Below the pieces are notes generated by a model. The model made no database searches and was not told the DNA's origin. It saw only the letters and a list, made by a program, of their open reading frames with translations. This document shows positions 13,088 to 25,650 of a DNA stretch of 64,000 bases, piece by piece. The translations under genes and the position numbers were made by a program. This stretch comes from Enoplolaimus lenunculus (lineage: Eukaryota): positions 310,001-374,000 of the forward strand of contig JASANG010001013.1 in assembly GCA_030248215.1 (NCBI GenBank), given 5' to 3'. How positions within the stretch are numbered: the stretch's first letter is position 1; each line of letters opens with the position of its first letter.

Positions 13088-14721
13088 CTCAAATGTATGC
13101 CACGCCTCTGTCACCGTAAACCAAAGTAACATAATACAAACAAGACAGCATCATATATTGTCCGTACCTTAAAATTTTTTATGATAAGCTCATATCAGAT
13201 TAAACCTGGGTCGTAGAGTAAAATTTATTGGATTTCAAAGCGCGACGGCTTCAACTTTCCGAAACGGTAAACGTGTGACAGCGAATATTAAATGACAAAT
13301 CGGTTAACAATGGCCAAGAGCGTCGCCATGGGGGACGGCATTGGGCGGACGTGCCCCCTCTCCCTCAACTTCGGCTTGTGCCACCCCAAATAGGCTCGGT
13401 TTAAAAGTAAACAATCTTGAATTGCAATTGTAGAGGTCTCTGAAGCTTAGCCGGTGCCCCCAAATGTAAATTTATGAGGACGCCCGTGACAATAGTGTCT
13501 TTACTTGACAGCGACGTTTTGCAATACAGCATAATCTTGTACCACCGGCGAATCAAAGGGTATCCTAAGCATATGCCCGCGGCCAATATAAATAATCGGG
13601 CCGTAACAGTAGCATAAGCATAATCCATACCACGAGCCTATTAAGCCTAAGCCTTCGCGCAGGGAAACGCCTATACGTAAGCCTGAGTTTGAAATCAAAC
13701 ATAATGTTTGAACAAAAAATTAGTCTAAAGCCTAAGCATACGTTATTGCAGCCCCGTGAAATAACGGTCCGCTCCTGATTTAAGCATCCTACCCCCGCGA
13801 AACGCGGATGAAAATACAAAATTTGTAGCAACATTTAACCCTAAAATTAAGTTTGGATTCTCGCTCGCTTTGCTCCAGAGTTATTTTAATACTGTTTGAA
13901 TCCGCCAATAAATATGACGCACGGGGTGAATGTTAATCTCGTAGGCTTAGGCTTCGGCTTACTTTTACACCATGCCGAGAGTGTTTTAGGTTACCGTTTC
14001 GGAATACGATTAAAACTTGTCTTACACTTGCAAAAGTAGGAGTTCATGTAAAGATCAGGGATGGAACGTTTTTCTGCAGGACTGCAATAGAGTGAGCTTA
14101 AGCTTTAGACTATTTTTTGCACATTTCTTAATAATATGTTTATACTAGTGTTACGGCCCTGATCTCTATATTGGTCAAAGTAACATTGGTCGAATAAAGG
14201 ACTGTATGAGTACAATTTCGTTAATACCGCTAAATTGCTAATTTCACGGCACACAGCCCAACACAGCAAAACATTTGTAACGCTTTTGTGAGATTGCAAA
14301 ATTGTATTGCAGCGGTGTATATGGAACTGCAAACACTGCATTCTGAGATTTTATTTCATATTTTAAGCAAATTTAGCAATTACTGCAAAACTGCAATTTC
14401 ATGTTGAAAAATGAATCCCGAGCAAACTCAATATAGCCAGGTTTATTGTAGTAGAAACTTGACAGTTTTAGGGTTGCGGTATACTTATCGTACGGCGCCG
14501 TCCGTCACTGTCCGTCAACATACGTTATCGTATGTGAGTTATTTGTGTACGATATCGCATGGTGACGGACGGCGCCGGACGTCAACAAAAGTATAGCGCA
14601 ACCCTAATTGTGTTAGATATTTTTCCACATTCAGTCGTGCTTTCTTATACAGTACCTTTGGATAACAATTAATATCGAAGTTTCGCTTGTTCGATACGGA
14701 AAATCACACTATTGGTTGTGC

Positions 14722-14927
14722 GGCTCATGTAAAGATCAGGGGCGGAACGTTTTTTGGTGGGACTGCAATAGAGTAAGATTAAGCTTTAGACTGATTTTTT
14801 TGCTTGGCTTACGCTTAGGCTTAGGAATATGCTCGTTCTTACGCTTAGGCTTAGGCTTAGGCTTTATTAGGACTAGGCTTAGGAATATGCTTATAATACT
14901 GTTCCGCCCCTGTTGTTTACGTTGGCC
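14722..14927. mobile_element. TTAGGC-carrying MITE (Merlin-like); a second copy follows at about 14955-15158
   Basis: GGC TIRs; TSD GGTTGTGC/GGTTGCGC. Confidence 0.85.
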
Positions 14928-15689
14928 GGTTGCGCTATACTCGATGCGCGTCGGGGCCCATGTATATAACAGGGCCGGATCGTTGTCCGGCGGGGTTGTC
15001 ATAGAGCCAGTTTAAGCTTTAGACTAACTGTTTTGCTTACGCTTTATGCTTAGGTTTAGGCATAGAAATCGGCTCGTTCTTTCGCTTAGTCTTAGGCTTA
15101 GGCTTAGGCTTAGGAGTATGCTTATACTACTGTTCCGGCCCTGCTGTATACATGGCACCGTTTGGCCATACACCACAGCGCGTCGTTCTTTTTTTAAATT
15201 TTATTTTATTTTTGACGTGCGGCGGTGAGCGGCACCATAAAATATAGCGCAATACATAAAGTATATCTTAACAACGCCATATTCTTACGCACTGGTGGAC
15301 AATTGGTTTAATTTGGCTTAGGCTTAGGAACACATTTTTGCAACGCTTAGGCTTTGGCTTATGCTCAGCAATTCGCTTACTCTACTGTTACGCCCCTTAA
15401 AGTAACATTGGCTAATTTCTCAATAACTTGAAGTCCAACAGTTTTTTGTTAAAATAACATTTGTTGGGTTGTGATATAATCATTTTCTTCTATGTTTATT
15501 CAAACCTCCTTTTTCAGATTTCCAAATTATTTGAACAAGAAATTTCAACCGTAAAATTAGTACAACATTCGGCCCGTGTTACTTATAAAACACTGCCCCC
15601 TTGGAAACATAACTGCAAGATTTCTAGACTTCGAAGCTTACAATTAGGCTTATGTTTTAGGTTCACTCTTATGTTTCGGTTCAAGCTTA

Positions 15690-15888
15690 CACTGCAAAAA
15701 ATGGAGAGTAAAATTGACTCTCTCCGAAATAGGCTTTTCCTGGTTTCACAAACTGAGTCAAAATTCGACTCCGCCGGAGTCAAATTGAGTCAAACTTGAC
15801 TCAGGCGGAGTCGAATTTTCACTCAGTATGTGTAGTCAGGAAAGCCTATTTCGAAGAGAGTCAATTTGACTCACCATTTTTTGCAGTG
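15690..15888. mobile_element. Palindromic CACTG-type MITE inserted in a TTAGGC-like array
   Basis: TA|CACTGCAAAAAATGG...CCATTTTTTGCAGTG|TA. Confidence 0.85.
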
Positions 15889-16061
15889 TAAATTTAAGCT
15901 TAGGTTTAGGCTTTGGCTTAGGTTTAGTCTTAATAGGCGTAACACGAGACAGTCGTCCCTAATTAACATGGGAATTAAATTAGACACAAAGTGAATAATT
16001 CTATGTTCGGTCTGCGTTCAAATATTTTTACCGTCACATTTTTATCTCAGTCCTCGGCGAT

Positions 16062-16355
16062 TTAAATCAGTCGCAATGCATCCATATTTGCTCCGGTGAT
16101 GCCAACTGCATGAAATATACGATTACTGCTGTGTTTTTGACGCTGTTCAGCATTTTTGTACGCTAAATTGCGGTTATTTTTTACTTTGTCAGCAAATAAA
16201 CTTGACCCAAAACCGTTGTTGCGTTGATTAAATATTTTTCGCCGCGGACCAAGCCGAGCGAAGGCCGACGCTGATGACGTGTCAATAAATAGTGCAATCA
16301 AAACTGCAATCAATGCAGTCGCAATGAAAGTATTGCACAAGTGCAGTCGTGACAT
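16062..16355 (-). CDS. Putative small secreted basic protein (97 aa)
   Basis: ATG ORF in unique sequence; N-terminal hydrophobic signal-peptide-like stretch (FIATALIAVLIALFIDTSSA); K/R/N-rich mature part. Confidence 0.5.
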   Translation of the reverse strand: MSRLHLCNTFIATALIAVLIALFIDTSSASAFARLGPRRKIFNQRNNGFGSSLFADKVKNNRNLAYKNAEQRQKHSSNRIFHAVGITGANMDALRLI

Positions 16356-16585
16356 TGTGTCGCAAATTGTTGTCGAAACGCGCGGCTGGTTTTATTCAGC
16401 AATTCGTTAGGTTTACAAAATTAATATTAATAATTAATATTTTTAGCACTAAATTCAAACGTCTATGTTTGGGACATTTCGGCGAATAAAGTATGATCAC
16501 TTAAGTGGTATCTTGCTTTCAAGTTTAAATTGAAATCTAAAGCGTTAGTCAAAGCCTAATACAGATCACAAGCATTAGTTTAATC

Positions 16586-16732
16586 GGTCCCTGTAAAGAT
16601 CAACGGCGGACAGTTTTTCTGTGGGACTGCAATAGAGTACGCTTAAGCTTCAGATTAATTTTTTGCTTGGCTTAGGCTTAGGCTTAGGAACACGCTTATA
16701 ATACAGTTCCACCCCTGTTCTTTACATTGGCC
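16586..16732. mobile_element. TTAGGC-carrying MITE (Merlin-like), short form
   Basis: Perfect 8-bp TSD GTTTAATC; GG-ended TIRs. Confidence 0.9.
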
Positions 16733-16854
16733 GTTTAATCTATGCTTTAAGCAAAAAAGCCTAAACCTAGATAGGCAAATATAATCCCAAAACAAAAGAA
16801 AACACTAAACATAAAGTCTATCCCAAAACCTGAACGTAAGACGTGAGTTAAGTC

Positions 16855-17056
16855 GGCCAACGCAAAGAACAGGTGCAGAACAGTATCATTAGCATTTTTT
16901 AAGCCTAAGCCTAAGCCTCAGCCTAAGCGTAAGAATGAGCATATTCCTAAGCCTAAACCTAAGCCTAAGCCAAGCAAAAAAATTTAGTCTAAAGGTTAAG
17001 CTTACTCTATTGCAGTCTCACAGAAAAACGTTCCGCCCCTGATCTTTATATGGGCC
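16855..17056. mobile_element. TTAGGC-carrying MITE (Merlin-like)
   Basis: Perfect 8-bp TSD GTTAAGTC; GGCC-ended TIRs. Confidence 0.9.
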
Positions 17057-18148
17057 GTTAAGTCATACTTTGCTGAACAATTTAGTATCGTTAAAATCAT
17101 TGAAACACGCTAGTGTTTACAATATATGTTCAAGCATCGAGAATGCACGCTTTTGGAAAGTTTCGCAGAATGTTCTCTACAGGAAAGCAGAGCTGGAATG
17201 AGGTAACTTACGTATAGAATATCCTAATTGGCCGTTTAGACACCATACACAAATTGGACAGTTAAAAGTCTCATTTAAGTTGTTATTAAGTTTGATTTTT
17301 GTAAATTTTCTAAAAAATTGTATTAGAAATATGTAATTACCATAGCTAGTCGATATTATTGTGTGATGCTAATGACACCGTGCAATAGATTGCGTGCCCC
17401 TGCGATGTTTCTTCTACTGAAATTGTAACTAAAACAATAATATTTTGTAATAACCTCCCATGCATTATATCTACCAACAAACGCTCAAATTAAGCTGATA
17501 GGTGATGTCCGCTGGCCCCATATGTTTCTTGTTTCACTGACCGCAAGCGTGTTAACACTGAAAGACAGCCGTCAAAGATATAGATGACAACTATTTTCAT
17601 AGAAGTTATAGAGCTAATATTATAAGCATTACCTACTGATCTATGGTCTAACTAACCCTTGTTTAAACTCTTTTACATGCTTCAAGCGAAACATATCACA
17701 ATCTGTCCCTTCTAGGGGCACTTTTACCTAGTGTAAAACTATAAATTAGTTTAAAAAACACTAGCAATATGGTTTTTCGACTCCTGCACTTGTTCTAATA
17801 GAATTTTGGGTACAGATTTCTGCAATTTTGATAAAAAAATTGCACTTAATAAAGTTTGTTAATTGAGTTTTGACAAAAACGAAAAATATTTTAGCAAACT
17901 GTGCTTAACTTAAATTAAATTTGAAATAAATCTGAAATAAAGACTCAAATACGGGCCATGTAAAGATCTGGGGCTGAACGTTATTCCATGAAACTGGAAC
18001 AGAGTAAGTTTAAGATTTAGACTAATTTTTGTGCGTAGACTTAGGCTCAAGTAAGCTCATTATTCCGCTTAAAATGGGCTTAGGCTTAGAAATATGCTTA
18101 GGCTTAGGCTTACGCTTAGGCTAGACTTTACGCTTAGGCTTAGGCTTA

Positions 18149-18400
18149 CACTGTAAATTTTAGTGAGCTGATTTTAATTCAAAATAAGTTGAATCACGCA
18201 GTCTGAGTTAGGACTATCAGAACTCAGAATTTTTAGTTGATTCAATTCATTCTGAGTTCGTTAATCGACTCATCCAGAGTCAACTTAACTCAGAGTGAGA
18301 ATCAACTCAACTCAGAGTGAGTTAATGTATATTGATATTAATTCATAAAGAACCAACTCGCTAGCTGAATTGATTAATCAACTCATTAGAATTTACAGTG
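18149..18400. mobile_element. CACTGTAAATT-ended MITE with CTGAGTT/AACTCAG motifs, nested in a TTAGGC MITE (~17953-18458)
   Basis: CACTGTAAATTTTAGTGAG...CTCATTAGAATTTACAGTG TIRs; relatives at ~1500-2028, ~22136-22735, ~22858-23107. Confidence 0.75.
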
Positions 18401-18782
18401 CAGGCTTAGGAATATGCTTATATATACTACTGTTCCGCCATTGTTCTGTACGTTACCCCAATCGACTAATCTAATAAAATTGTAATTTCTGCTTTTTCGT
18501 ATTAAAAACATATTAACAAGTACCACCCCTTAGGCTTAACCTGCCCCGGTTTGAGGATTTGTTCCCAGGTGCAACTTTGTTCGCATTACAAAACGGTAAA
18601 TTATAATCTTCACAAATAATTGAAAAGTTAAAAATAACTTAAATTTAGCGCAAGTAATGCCGTCAGTGACGTGATTAATTAGTGGCCCCTTAGACGATAT
18701 TCTAATGGTTCTTTATGAAACATTAGTTAGCAAAAATGTTTCTAAAATTATTTCTCGTTAAGCGCCTAAGCTTATTATTTTT

Positions 18783-18986
18783 GGCCCTTGTAAAGATCAG
18801 AGGCGGAGAGTTTTTCTGTGAGACTAGAATAGAGTAAGTTTAAGATTTAGACTAAGTTTTTTTTGCTTGGTTGAGACTTAGGCTTAGGCTTAGAAATATG
18901 CTCATTCTTACACTTAGGCTCAGGCTTAGGCTTAGGCTTAGGAATATGCTTATAATACTGTTCCACCCCCGTTCTTTACATTGGCT
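18783..18986. mobile_element. TTAGGC-carrying MITE
   Basis: Family TIRs and body. Confidence 0.8.
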
Positions 18987-20246
18987 CTATGTCTAAAGTT
19001 ACGAATTTAGATACTATTCTACAGGGTTTTGTGATCGAAACAAAATTGTGCACACTCAGTACTCGGTGACGCATAAGTGGCTTTAGGCCTCAAGGTGTCC
19101 TAGCTTAATTTCATCGCTAATAAATGTAATTATGTAACGTTCAAGCTTCAGAACCCGTATTCTCAAATGAGAATCGCACAAATCATCAGCTGATGGTAGA
19201 TCTTGGTAGCAATAAATGGTTAAGTCTTACAATTAAGCACATTTTTTTGCATTTGGATTGTCCTACTTCCGCAATTGGCGGAATTTGTTTGTTTGAAAAC
19301 CGCTCGCTAACTGGTGATAGGTGCTATACACATTTGAGAATATGGACGCACATGATAAATGAGATATGCAAAGCTCTTTTAGATGGTTAGGTCACTGCCG
19401 AACAATTGCCTGAACAAAAGAAGGGCGGATCATAACGAAGGCCGGCGTCTAGCGTTTGATCTGTAGAGTGGAACGAAGACACTTTGACAATTGATAGATT
19501 GACCTCAATATATAATACATATACCAATCATTTCTAATTGCAGTGCATAAATGACTTCAGGAACAAATAAAATTGAGTTCAAAACTTTAAAGCATGCTTA
19601 AGTTTTGAAGGTACATTCCTTAATTTAACCTTGCATTATCGCTGAAGCTTTTGATAAAAGACAAATCAACGTATAATTGAACGGATAAGTGCAATACCGG
19701 ATATATCAGTAACGAAATGTGACGAAGGACGGGTTGAAAATAAATAACAGTGCCAAATACCAAGGGAGTACCTCTAAAGAAGCCAAATATATAAGTCTCC
19801 CCCCTCTTATTCGGCAGTATAGTGCAAAAAATAATGGTAAACCTACACATAAATGTTTCGCTCTAAACAAATCATGATCAGATTAAAGCTTGAAAACCAA
19901 TCAAAAGTTTAAGTCCTGCACGAAATTTAGGAATTTGATCGTTTTTAAATCTGATTCGCCAATATTTGATCTGTGATAAACACTTTAATATAAAAACTTT
20001 CGCAAAAGGTTAAAATGGTAACTTATATAAGTTCACACTTTAAAGGTGTAATTTTTTCAAAAATATAGCCGTTTGGACCCATGTATTGAACACGGCCGAA
20101 TTGTTTTCCTGCGGGACTGTCATAGAGTCAGTTTAAACTATAGACTAAATTTTTTGCTTAGGCTTAGACTTAGGCTTAAGCATACGCTTAGGAATAGGCT
20201 CATCTGTACGCTCAGGCTGATGCTTAGGCTTAGGAATCCGTACTCC

Positions 20247-20323
20247 TTAGGTTTAGGCTTAGGCTTAGGCTTAGGCTTAGGCTTAGGCTTAGGCAGAGGC
20301 TTAGGCTAAGGCTTAGGCTTAGG
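20247..20323 (+). repeat. Interstitial (TTAGGC)n telomere-type array inside a MITE copy (~20075-20365)
   Basis: About 12 near-perfect TTAGGC units. Confidence 0.9.
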
Positions 20324-23300
20324 AACATGCTATACCACTGTTCCGATCCTATTCCATAATGGGCTGCCGTTAGTATATACACCAGGGATGTCATGGAGTG
20401 GGGATTTTCAACCCCATCTCATCCCGCCCCGCGACTAATTTTCGTCGGGATCCCATGGGGATCCTCCCGCCACCCCGGCAAATTCCGGACGAGGTGTACG
20501 TTTAGCTAAGTTGTGATACGAATGTCCTGAGGACCTGTAATCATTAAACAAACATGCCCTAAGGTTTTTAATCACAAATGATTAATAATGCATCATTGTG
20601 CATTGATTTCTTGAAGCGAGTGTAAAACCCCATGCAAAGGTGCAAGTTTCTGCTGCGAGAACTCACAGTTGTAATTTCTGTGCAATATTTTGACAGAAAG
20701 AAACTTACAGCTGTAACTTGCAACAGCCAGTTTTGTTTGAAAACACTGGAAGGGCAGGATGGCATGTTAGGATGTTGAGGATTGATAACTTTAGCACAGA
20801 ACTATGTATCATGTGTAATCCATCCCACCTTGAGAGGCATCGGTTGAGTTTTGATGGGTGGGGCATGCGTAACCACGTGCTAGAAAGTAGAGACCCGGCA
20901 GGTTGAAAACTAAGAGCCTGAGTACTGAACAAAATATAAGCCCATTTATTTAGTTGAAATACTCTGCGTTCGCGCAAACCGCTAAAGTTTTTGAAAATTT
21001 TGATTTTAATGTTTGAACGATCAGCTTTGTTAGCGCAGTTGTAGAAATGGTCAAAACCGTGATGAATTTTTTTCAAATTTTGAAAGAAAATTTACGTAGT
21101 GACTCTTAGAAAATATCGCTTAGAAATAACTATTGTGACGTCCGTGCGAAGGGACAGCTTCATAAAAGCAGTTGTCTCCCGGATGTTCTTCTTTCTCTCA
21201 CTGTAAAAAATGGTGAGTCAAATTGACTCTCTCCGAAACAGGTTTTTCCTGACTACACAAACTGAGTCAAAATTCGACAGTCAAATTCGACTCAATTTGG
21301 CTCTGACAGAGTCGAATTTTGACTCCGTTTGTATAGTCAAGAAAAGCCTATTTCGGAGAGAGTCAATTTGGCTAACCATTTTTTGCAGTGTTTATTATCT
21401 CTTCAAAACTATGCAATTCTTTTGGGCTCAATAATCAGGCTCTGTTTGACGGCCAAACCGTTATTGTTCGCCTTTGAGCCGAAAGTCTCAAGTAAAATTT
21501 TACACGTTGAAATCAGAGAAATAGAAAATATTGATGTGAGAATAAGTTATATAAATACTGCGTCAATGTCAGTATTATTTTGTGACTAAAACGATTGAAC
21601 ATCGTATTCAAGTTTTTACGTTCGAAAAAAACTTTGCACGTGTGAATAAGGCTTTAAGATGTCAAGAAATCCTTAAACATGTTATTATATATGTAAATCA
21701 GGTTTAAAATTGCTAAAAACGAAAGAATGCATCAGTAAACGATTTTTTGAATTAATAATATATTATCATTCGACCTTAATCGGCGAAGCTTTTAAAGCCT
21801 GCGGGCACACAATATGTTTTTGATTGGGCCAATTTGTCTTTAGCGTATAGTTTTTCCATATTAATTCCATATGGCTAACGTTTGTCAAACTGATGCATCA
21901 ATATTTTAAGGCGTAAAAAGCATTCAAGGTTCCGTGTTATCGAGATGAAAAATAAGCTATTTTAATAGGTCTTGAATTGACTTTCTTGCTCATTTCAACG
22001 GGAAAACTTTGGCTTTGGGTGAGGTTATAAACGGCACTTCACTCTCAGGTGTAGGTTTATACAATTGATTCAGGTGGGGCTGATAAGATATACGAACTAG
22101 AATACTTTTAATGTTTGTGAAGTGTTCTACATACACACTGTAAATTTCAATGAGTTGATTTTAACTCAGAATGAGTTGAACTTTTGCTTTAGTCTGAGTT
22201 AGGACTATCTGTGGTGCACATATTTTGTACATTTGGCTATTAGGCCAATTTGAATATTGAGCGTAATTTCGTATATTTAAATTAGTTTGTGTAGCCAGAA
22301 TATATATTTGGTTGTCAGTCACTTTGGTAGGGTGATGAAAACTTATTACTTTGTATGGCTGTGTTCGGTTTGTCTGGTTCTTTTTGGATTGTTATCTTCA
22401 TATGTTATTCTATGTAATTCTTAGGTGTATTTGCATTATCCTAATGAAATAAATCACAGTAGCAGAATGTTTACGGTGATATGTCAATGCAACTTAAAAT
22501 CAGCCTTCTTCCTAATACTTTGGCTGACCATTACATTATTACCGACTACTATAATCAGAACTCAATTCTGAGTTGATGCAAATCATTTTGATTTAATTTA
22601 GTCAACTCCCCCCGAATGAACTCAATTCAAAGGAGGAATCAACGAAACTCAGATTTCAATGTTTGCTGTGATCAGCACAGAAATAATTGACTTTCCGTTT
22701 GAGTTGAATAATCAACTCAATGAAATGTTCAGCGTTGCATTTTGTCCAGTGTCTTTCATTTACGCCAGCAACAAAATATTTGAAGCTCAATACAATCCCA
22801 ACATCAGTTAACAATTAAATTAATCTTGAGCAAAATACATAAAATAAAATCTGCGCACACTGCAAATTCCAGTGAGTTAAGTTAATTCAGAATGGAGTTG
22901 GATCCACTCAGAGGTCTGAGCTCTAAATAGGTCTTTCAGAACTCACAATTCTGAATTTATTGAATTAAATTCATTCTGAATTAATTAATGAACTAACCCA
23001 GAACTCATTCAACTCACACATGTTTACTGTATATTAACGCAGTAGTAACCAGAAATAACTAATTTTCAATCTGAGTTGATTAACCAACTCATCGGAAGTT
23101 TCAGTGCAATACGATTCAAACAAACAGATTAAACTGCGTGCAAAGTATTTTAAAGAGCAATAGATGACAGACACGAAATTTTTTGCCGATATTTTGAATT
23201 TGTATTCAAATATCAATTGCTTCTATAATACAAAATGAAATCTACAAGCCACCGGAATAGTATATGCAGGCAAAGTATCAGGTATATTTAAAAATTTCAG

Positions 23301-24451
23301 TTGTTGTAATCTATATGAAGTCGATGCCTAAAATATTAGCGTTAGTTGCTCAAACAATAAGAAAGCTAAATTGATAAAATGTCACCGAAATCAGCCCGTA
23401 TTCTACTGTCTAAATGCTTAAACTAACTTGATTTTTAAGGTTAAGTTAATCCAGCAGTATTAAACTAAGTTTCTAGAATAACTGAACTAATGGGTAGGTT
23501 TACGCTTAAACTAAATTTATAATCTTATGTATTTTTACTTTAAGTTAAACTTAGTGAACTCTTTGATACGCATATTTTCTCGGCTGCACAAGTTACTTAA
23601 TCTAAAAATAAGTTTACTTAAACTCGTGTTAAATTTAAAACACGTTAGTTTATAGTAAAACTTAAAATTCTAGTTTAGTCAGTCCGTCCAGCCGTTTAAG
23701 TTTTACTTTAAACTGATATTCAAGTTTACTTAAACTATAATTTAAGTTTAAGTTTTTAGAGAGTATCAACGGTATACTTTTAAATTAATCGAAACACCAG
23801 TGGCGAGTCCAGGATTTTCCTTTAGGAATGGACACCTTTCGTGTTTACAAATTTACATTTTCTCCTATATTGCTAGAAAACACGCGTCGAACTTCAAACC
23901 GTTTGAACCTCAAATTTTTCAGCGCGTGAAGGCCGGTGAGGATACGCATCCACCAAGCCCCTCCCAGGGTGTTATGAAAACTCCACCATCAAACTAGAAG
24001 GTTTCGAAGAATACTGCAGCTAGACAGGTGTCATTTAAACGTCTATGTTCACTACCGCATTGAAATTTTTGACATGAACACTTTTTCTTAGTTCAGAACA
24101 TTTCCAAATAGATATGAAACCAAGATAAAACGGAAATTTGATATCTTGAACAATTATTTTGGACCTATCTGAAAAATACTCACCGATATTTGCTAAAATA
24201 GCAAAAAAACATTGATTATAACTGTACCTAAAATTAGGCTTCACCCCCTAATTCACGTTCAGCTACGCAAACTTCGTTAACCTTCAGCTCCGAATCCGAT
24301 TCTGGCTCGGGCTCCGATATTTTTCACGTCCTGTTGCATAATTGTTCCTTTAAAACTTTTGCATGCAAACAGCAGGAAGTAAAATAGTTACGTTAACTAT
24401 GGTTTTGAACTCTTTTTGATAGTATCTAGGCATGCATGCCCAGGTTACCTT

Positions 24452-24911
24452 TACTTTTTAAGGTTAAAGGATGTAGGCGTCATATCTTTAACGATTATGG
24501 TTTGTTTAAATGTAAACTTTGAGTCGTCGGTTATAAGGGTTGTATAGAGTTTCTGAAGATAACTTTAGCACAAGCAGTATAATTGCAAATTTTAATCTAC
24601 CAGTTGATGCTACGTTAACAACTTAGTTAGTTGTATAATTCAACAAATAAGAAACCAATACACTGTATACTTTTTAAGGTTAAAGGATGTAGGCGTCATA
24701 TCTTTAACGATTATGGTTTGTTTAAATCTAAACTTTGAGTCGGCGGTTAAGACTGAACATTAAGTTTAAGGGTTGTATAGAGTTTCCGAAGATAGCTTTA
24801 GCACAAGCAGTATAATTGCAAAATTAAAGCAAATTTTAATCTACCACTTGATGCCAATTAACAACTTAGCTAGTTGCATAATTCAACAAATAAAAAACCA
24901 GTACACTGTAT
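24452..24911 (+). repeat. Direct tandem duplication, unit about 216-245 bp
   Basis: TACTTTTTTAAGGTTAAAGGATGTAGGCGTCATATC... occurs at ~24452 and ~24668, and both copies run to ...TACACTGTAT. Confidence 0.85.
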
Positions 24912-25228
24912 GTAAATCAGATGTTTTCAGTTTATGTTCGAAGTGTTTTTAGCATTGTGTTTTAACGTACGCACTAAGTTATTTCAGTGTGTTGCTAAGT
25001 TTTAGGTTTTGGTTTTTTAATGTTTTTACTTGTGCTACGTATGAAGCAACCAACCGCCACATATGCATCATGATATTACATACCGGTTGTCAGAACTGCA
25101 CGGTGGGGACCACCCCTCTGTCCGAAGTACTGCGTGTGAGTATACGCGGCTTGTGTATGTGCAGAGTGTGTAATGTTAAGACATATACATACTCGTGCAC
25201 ATATACCACCAGAAGAAATTAGGATATC

Positions 25229-25301
25229 GGCCGCGTGGTGTAATGGGTAGCGCGCTTGACTCGCGAGCGAGAGGTCCGAGGTTCGAGTCCCGGCGTGGCC
25301 A
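25229..25301 (+). ncRNA. tRNA-like Pol III cassette (pseudo-tRNA, nominal anticodon CGC) in the 5' LTR
   Basis: 73 nt; A box TGGTGTAATGG, B box GGTTCGAGTCC; acceptor stem GGCCGCG/CGTGGCC fully pairs; mismatches in the T and anticodon stems. Confidence 0.75.
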
Positions 25302-25387
25302 TATCTTTCGGAGAAATTTAGGAGAAAAATCAAATATATTCGCAGTACTTCGGAGGAAGGGGTCGTCCCGACCGTGCAGTTCTGACA

Positions 25388-25404
25388 TGGAGGTCCCACC
25401 GAGA
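25388..25404 (+). promoter_or_regulatory. Primer-binding site complementary to the 3' end of tRNA-Gln
   Basis: TGGAGGTCCCACCGAGA is the reverse complement of TCTCGGTGGGACCT-CCA, the 3' end of a metazoan tRNA-Gln; it directly abuts the 5' LTR. Confidence 0.85.
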
Positions 25405-25470
25405 CGGGCGCTGTAAATTGCAGGCCCATGGATTCGGATAGTTTGGATTCGCGGTCCGGGGCGACCGCCT

Positions 25471-25483
25471 GAAGAAGGGGGAA
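25471..25483 (+). promoter_or_regulatory. Polypurine tract
   Basis: GAAGAAGGGGGAA immediately before the 3' LTR start TGT. Confidence 0.85.
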
Positions 25484-25577
25484 TGTGAGTATACGCGGCT
25501 TATGTATGTGCAGAGTGTGTAATGTTAAGACATATACATACTCGTGCACATATACCACCAGAAGAAATTAGGATATC

Positions 25578-25650
25578 GGCCGCGTGGTGTAATGGGTAGC
25601 GCGCTTGACTCGCGAGCGAGAGGTCCGAGGTTCGATTCCCGGCGTGGCCA
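25578..25650 (+). ncRNA. tRNA-like Pol III cassette in the 3' LTR
   Basis: Same cassette; B box GGTTCGATTCC. Confidence 0.75.

Noticed and set aside
20247..20323. True chromosome end or telomere
   Set aside because: Short array inside a TIR-bounded MITE with unique sequence on both sides
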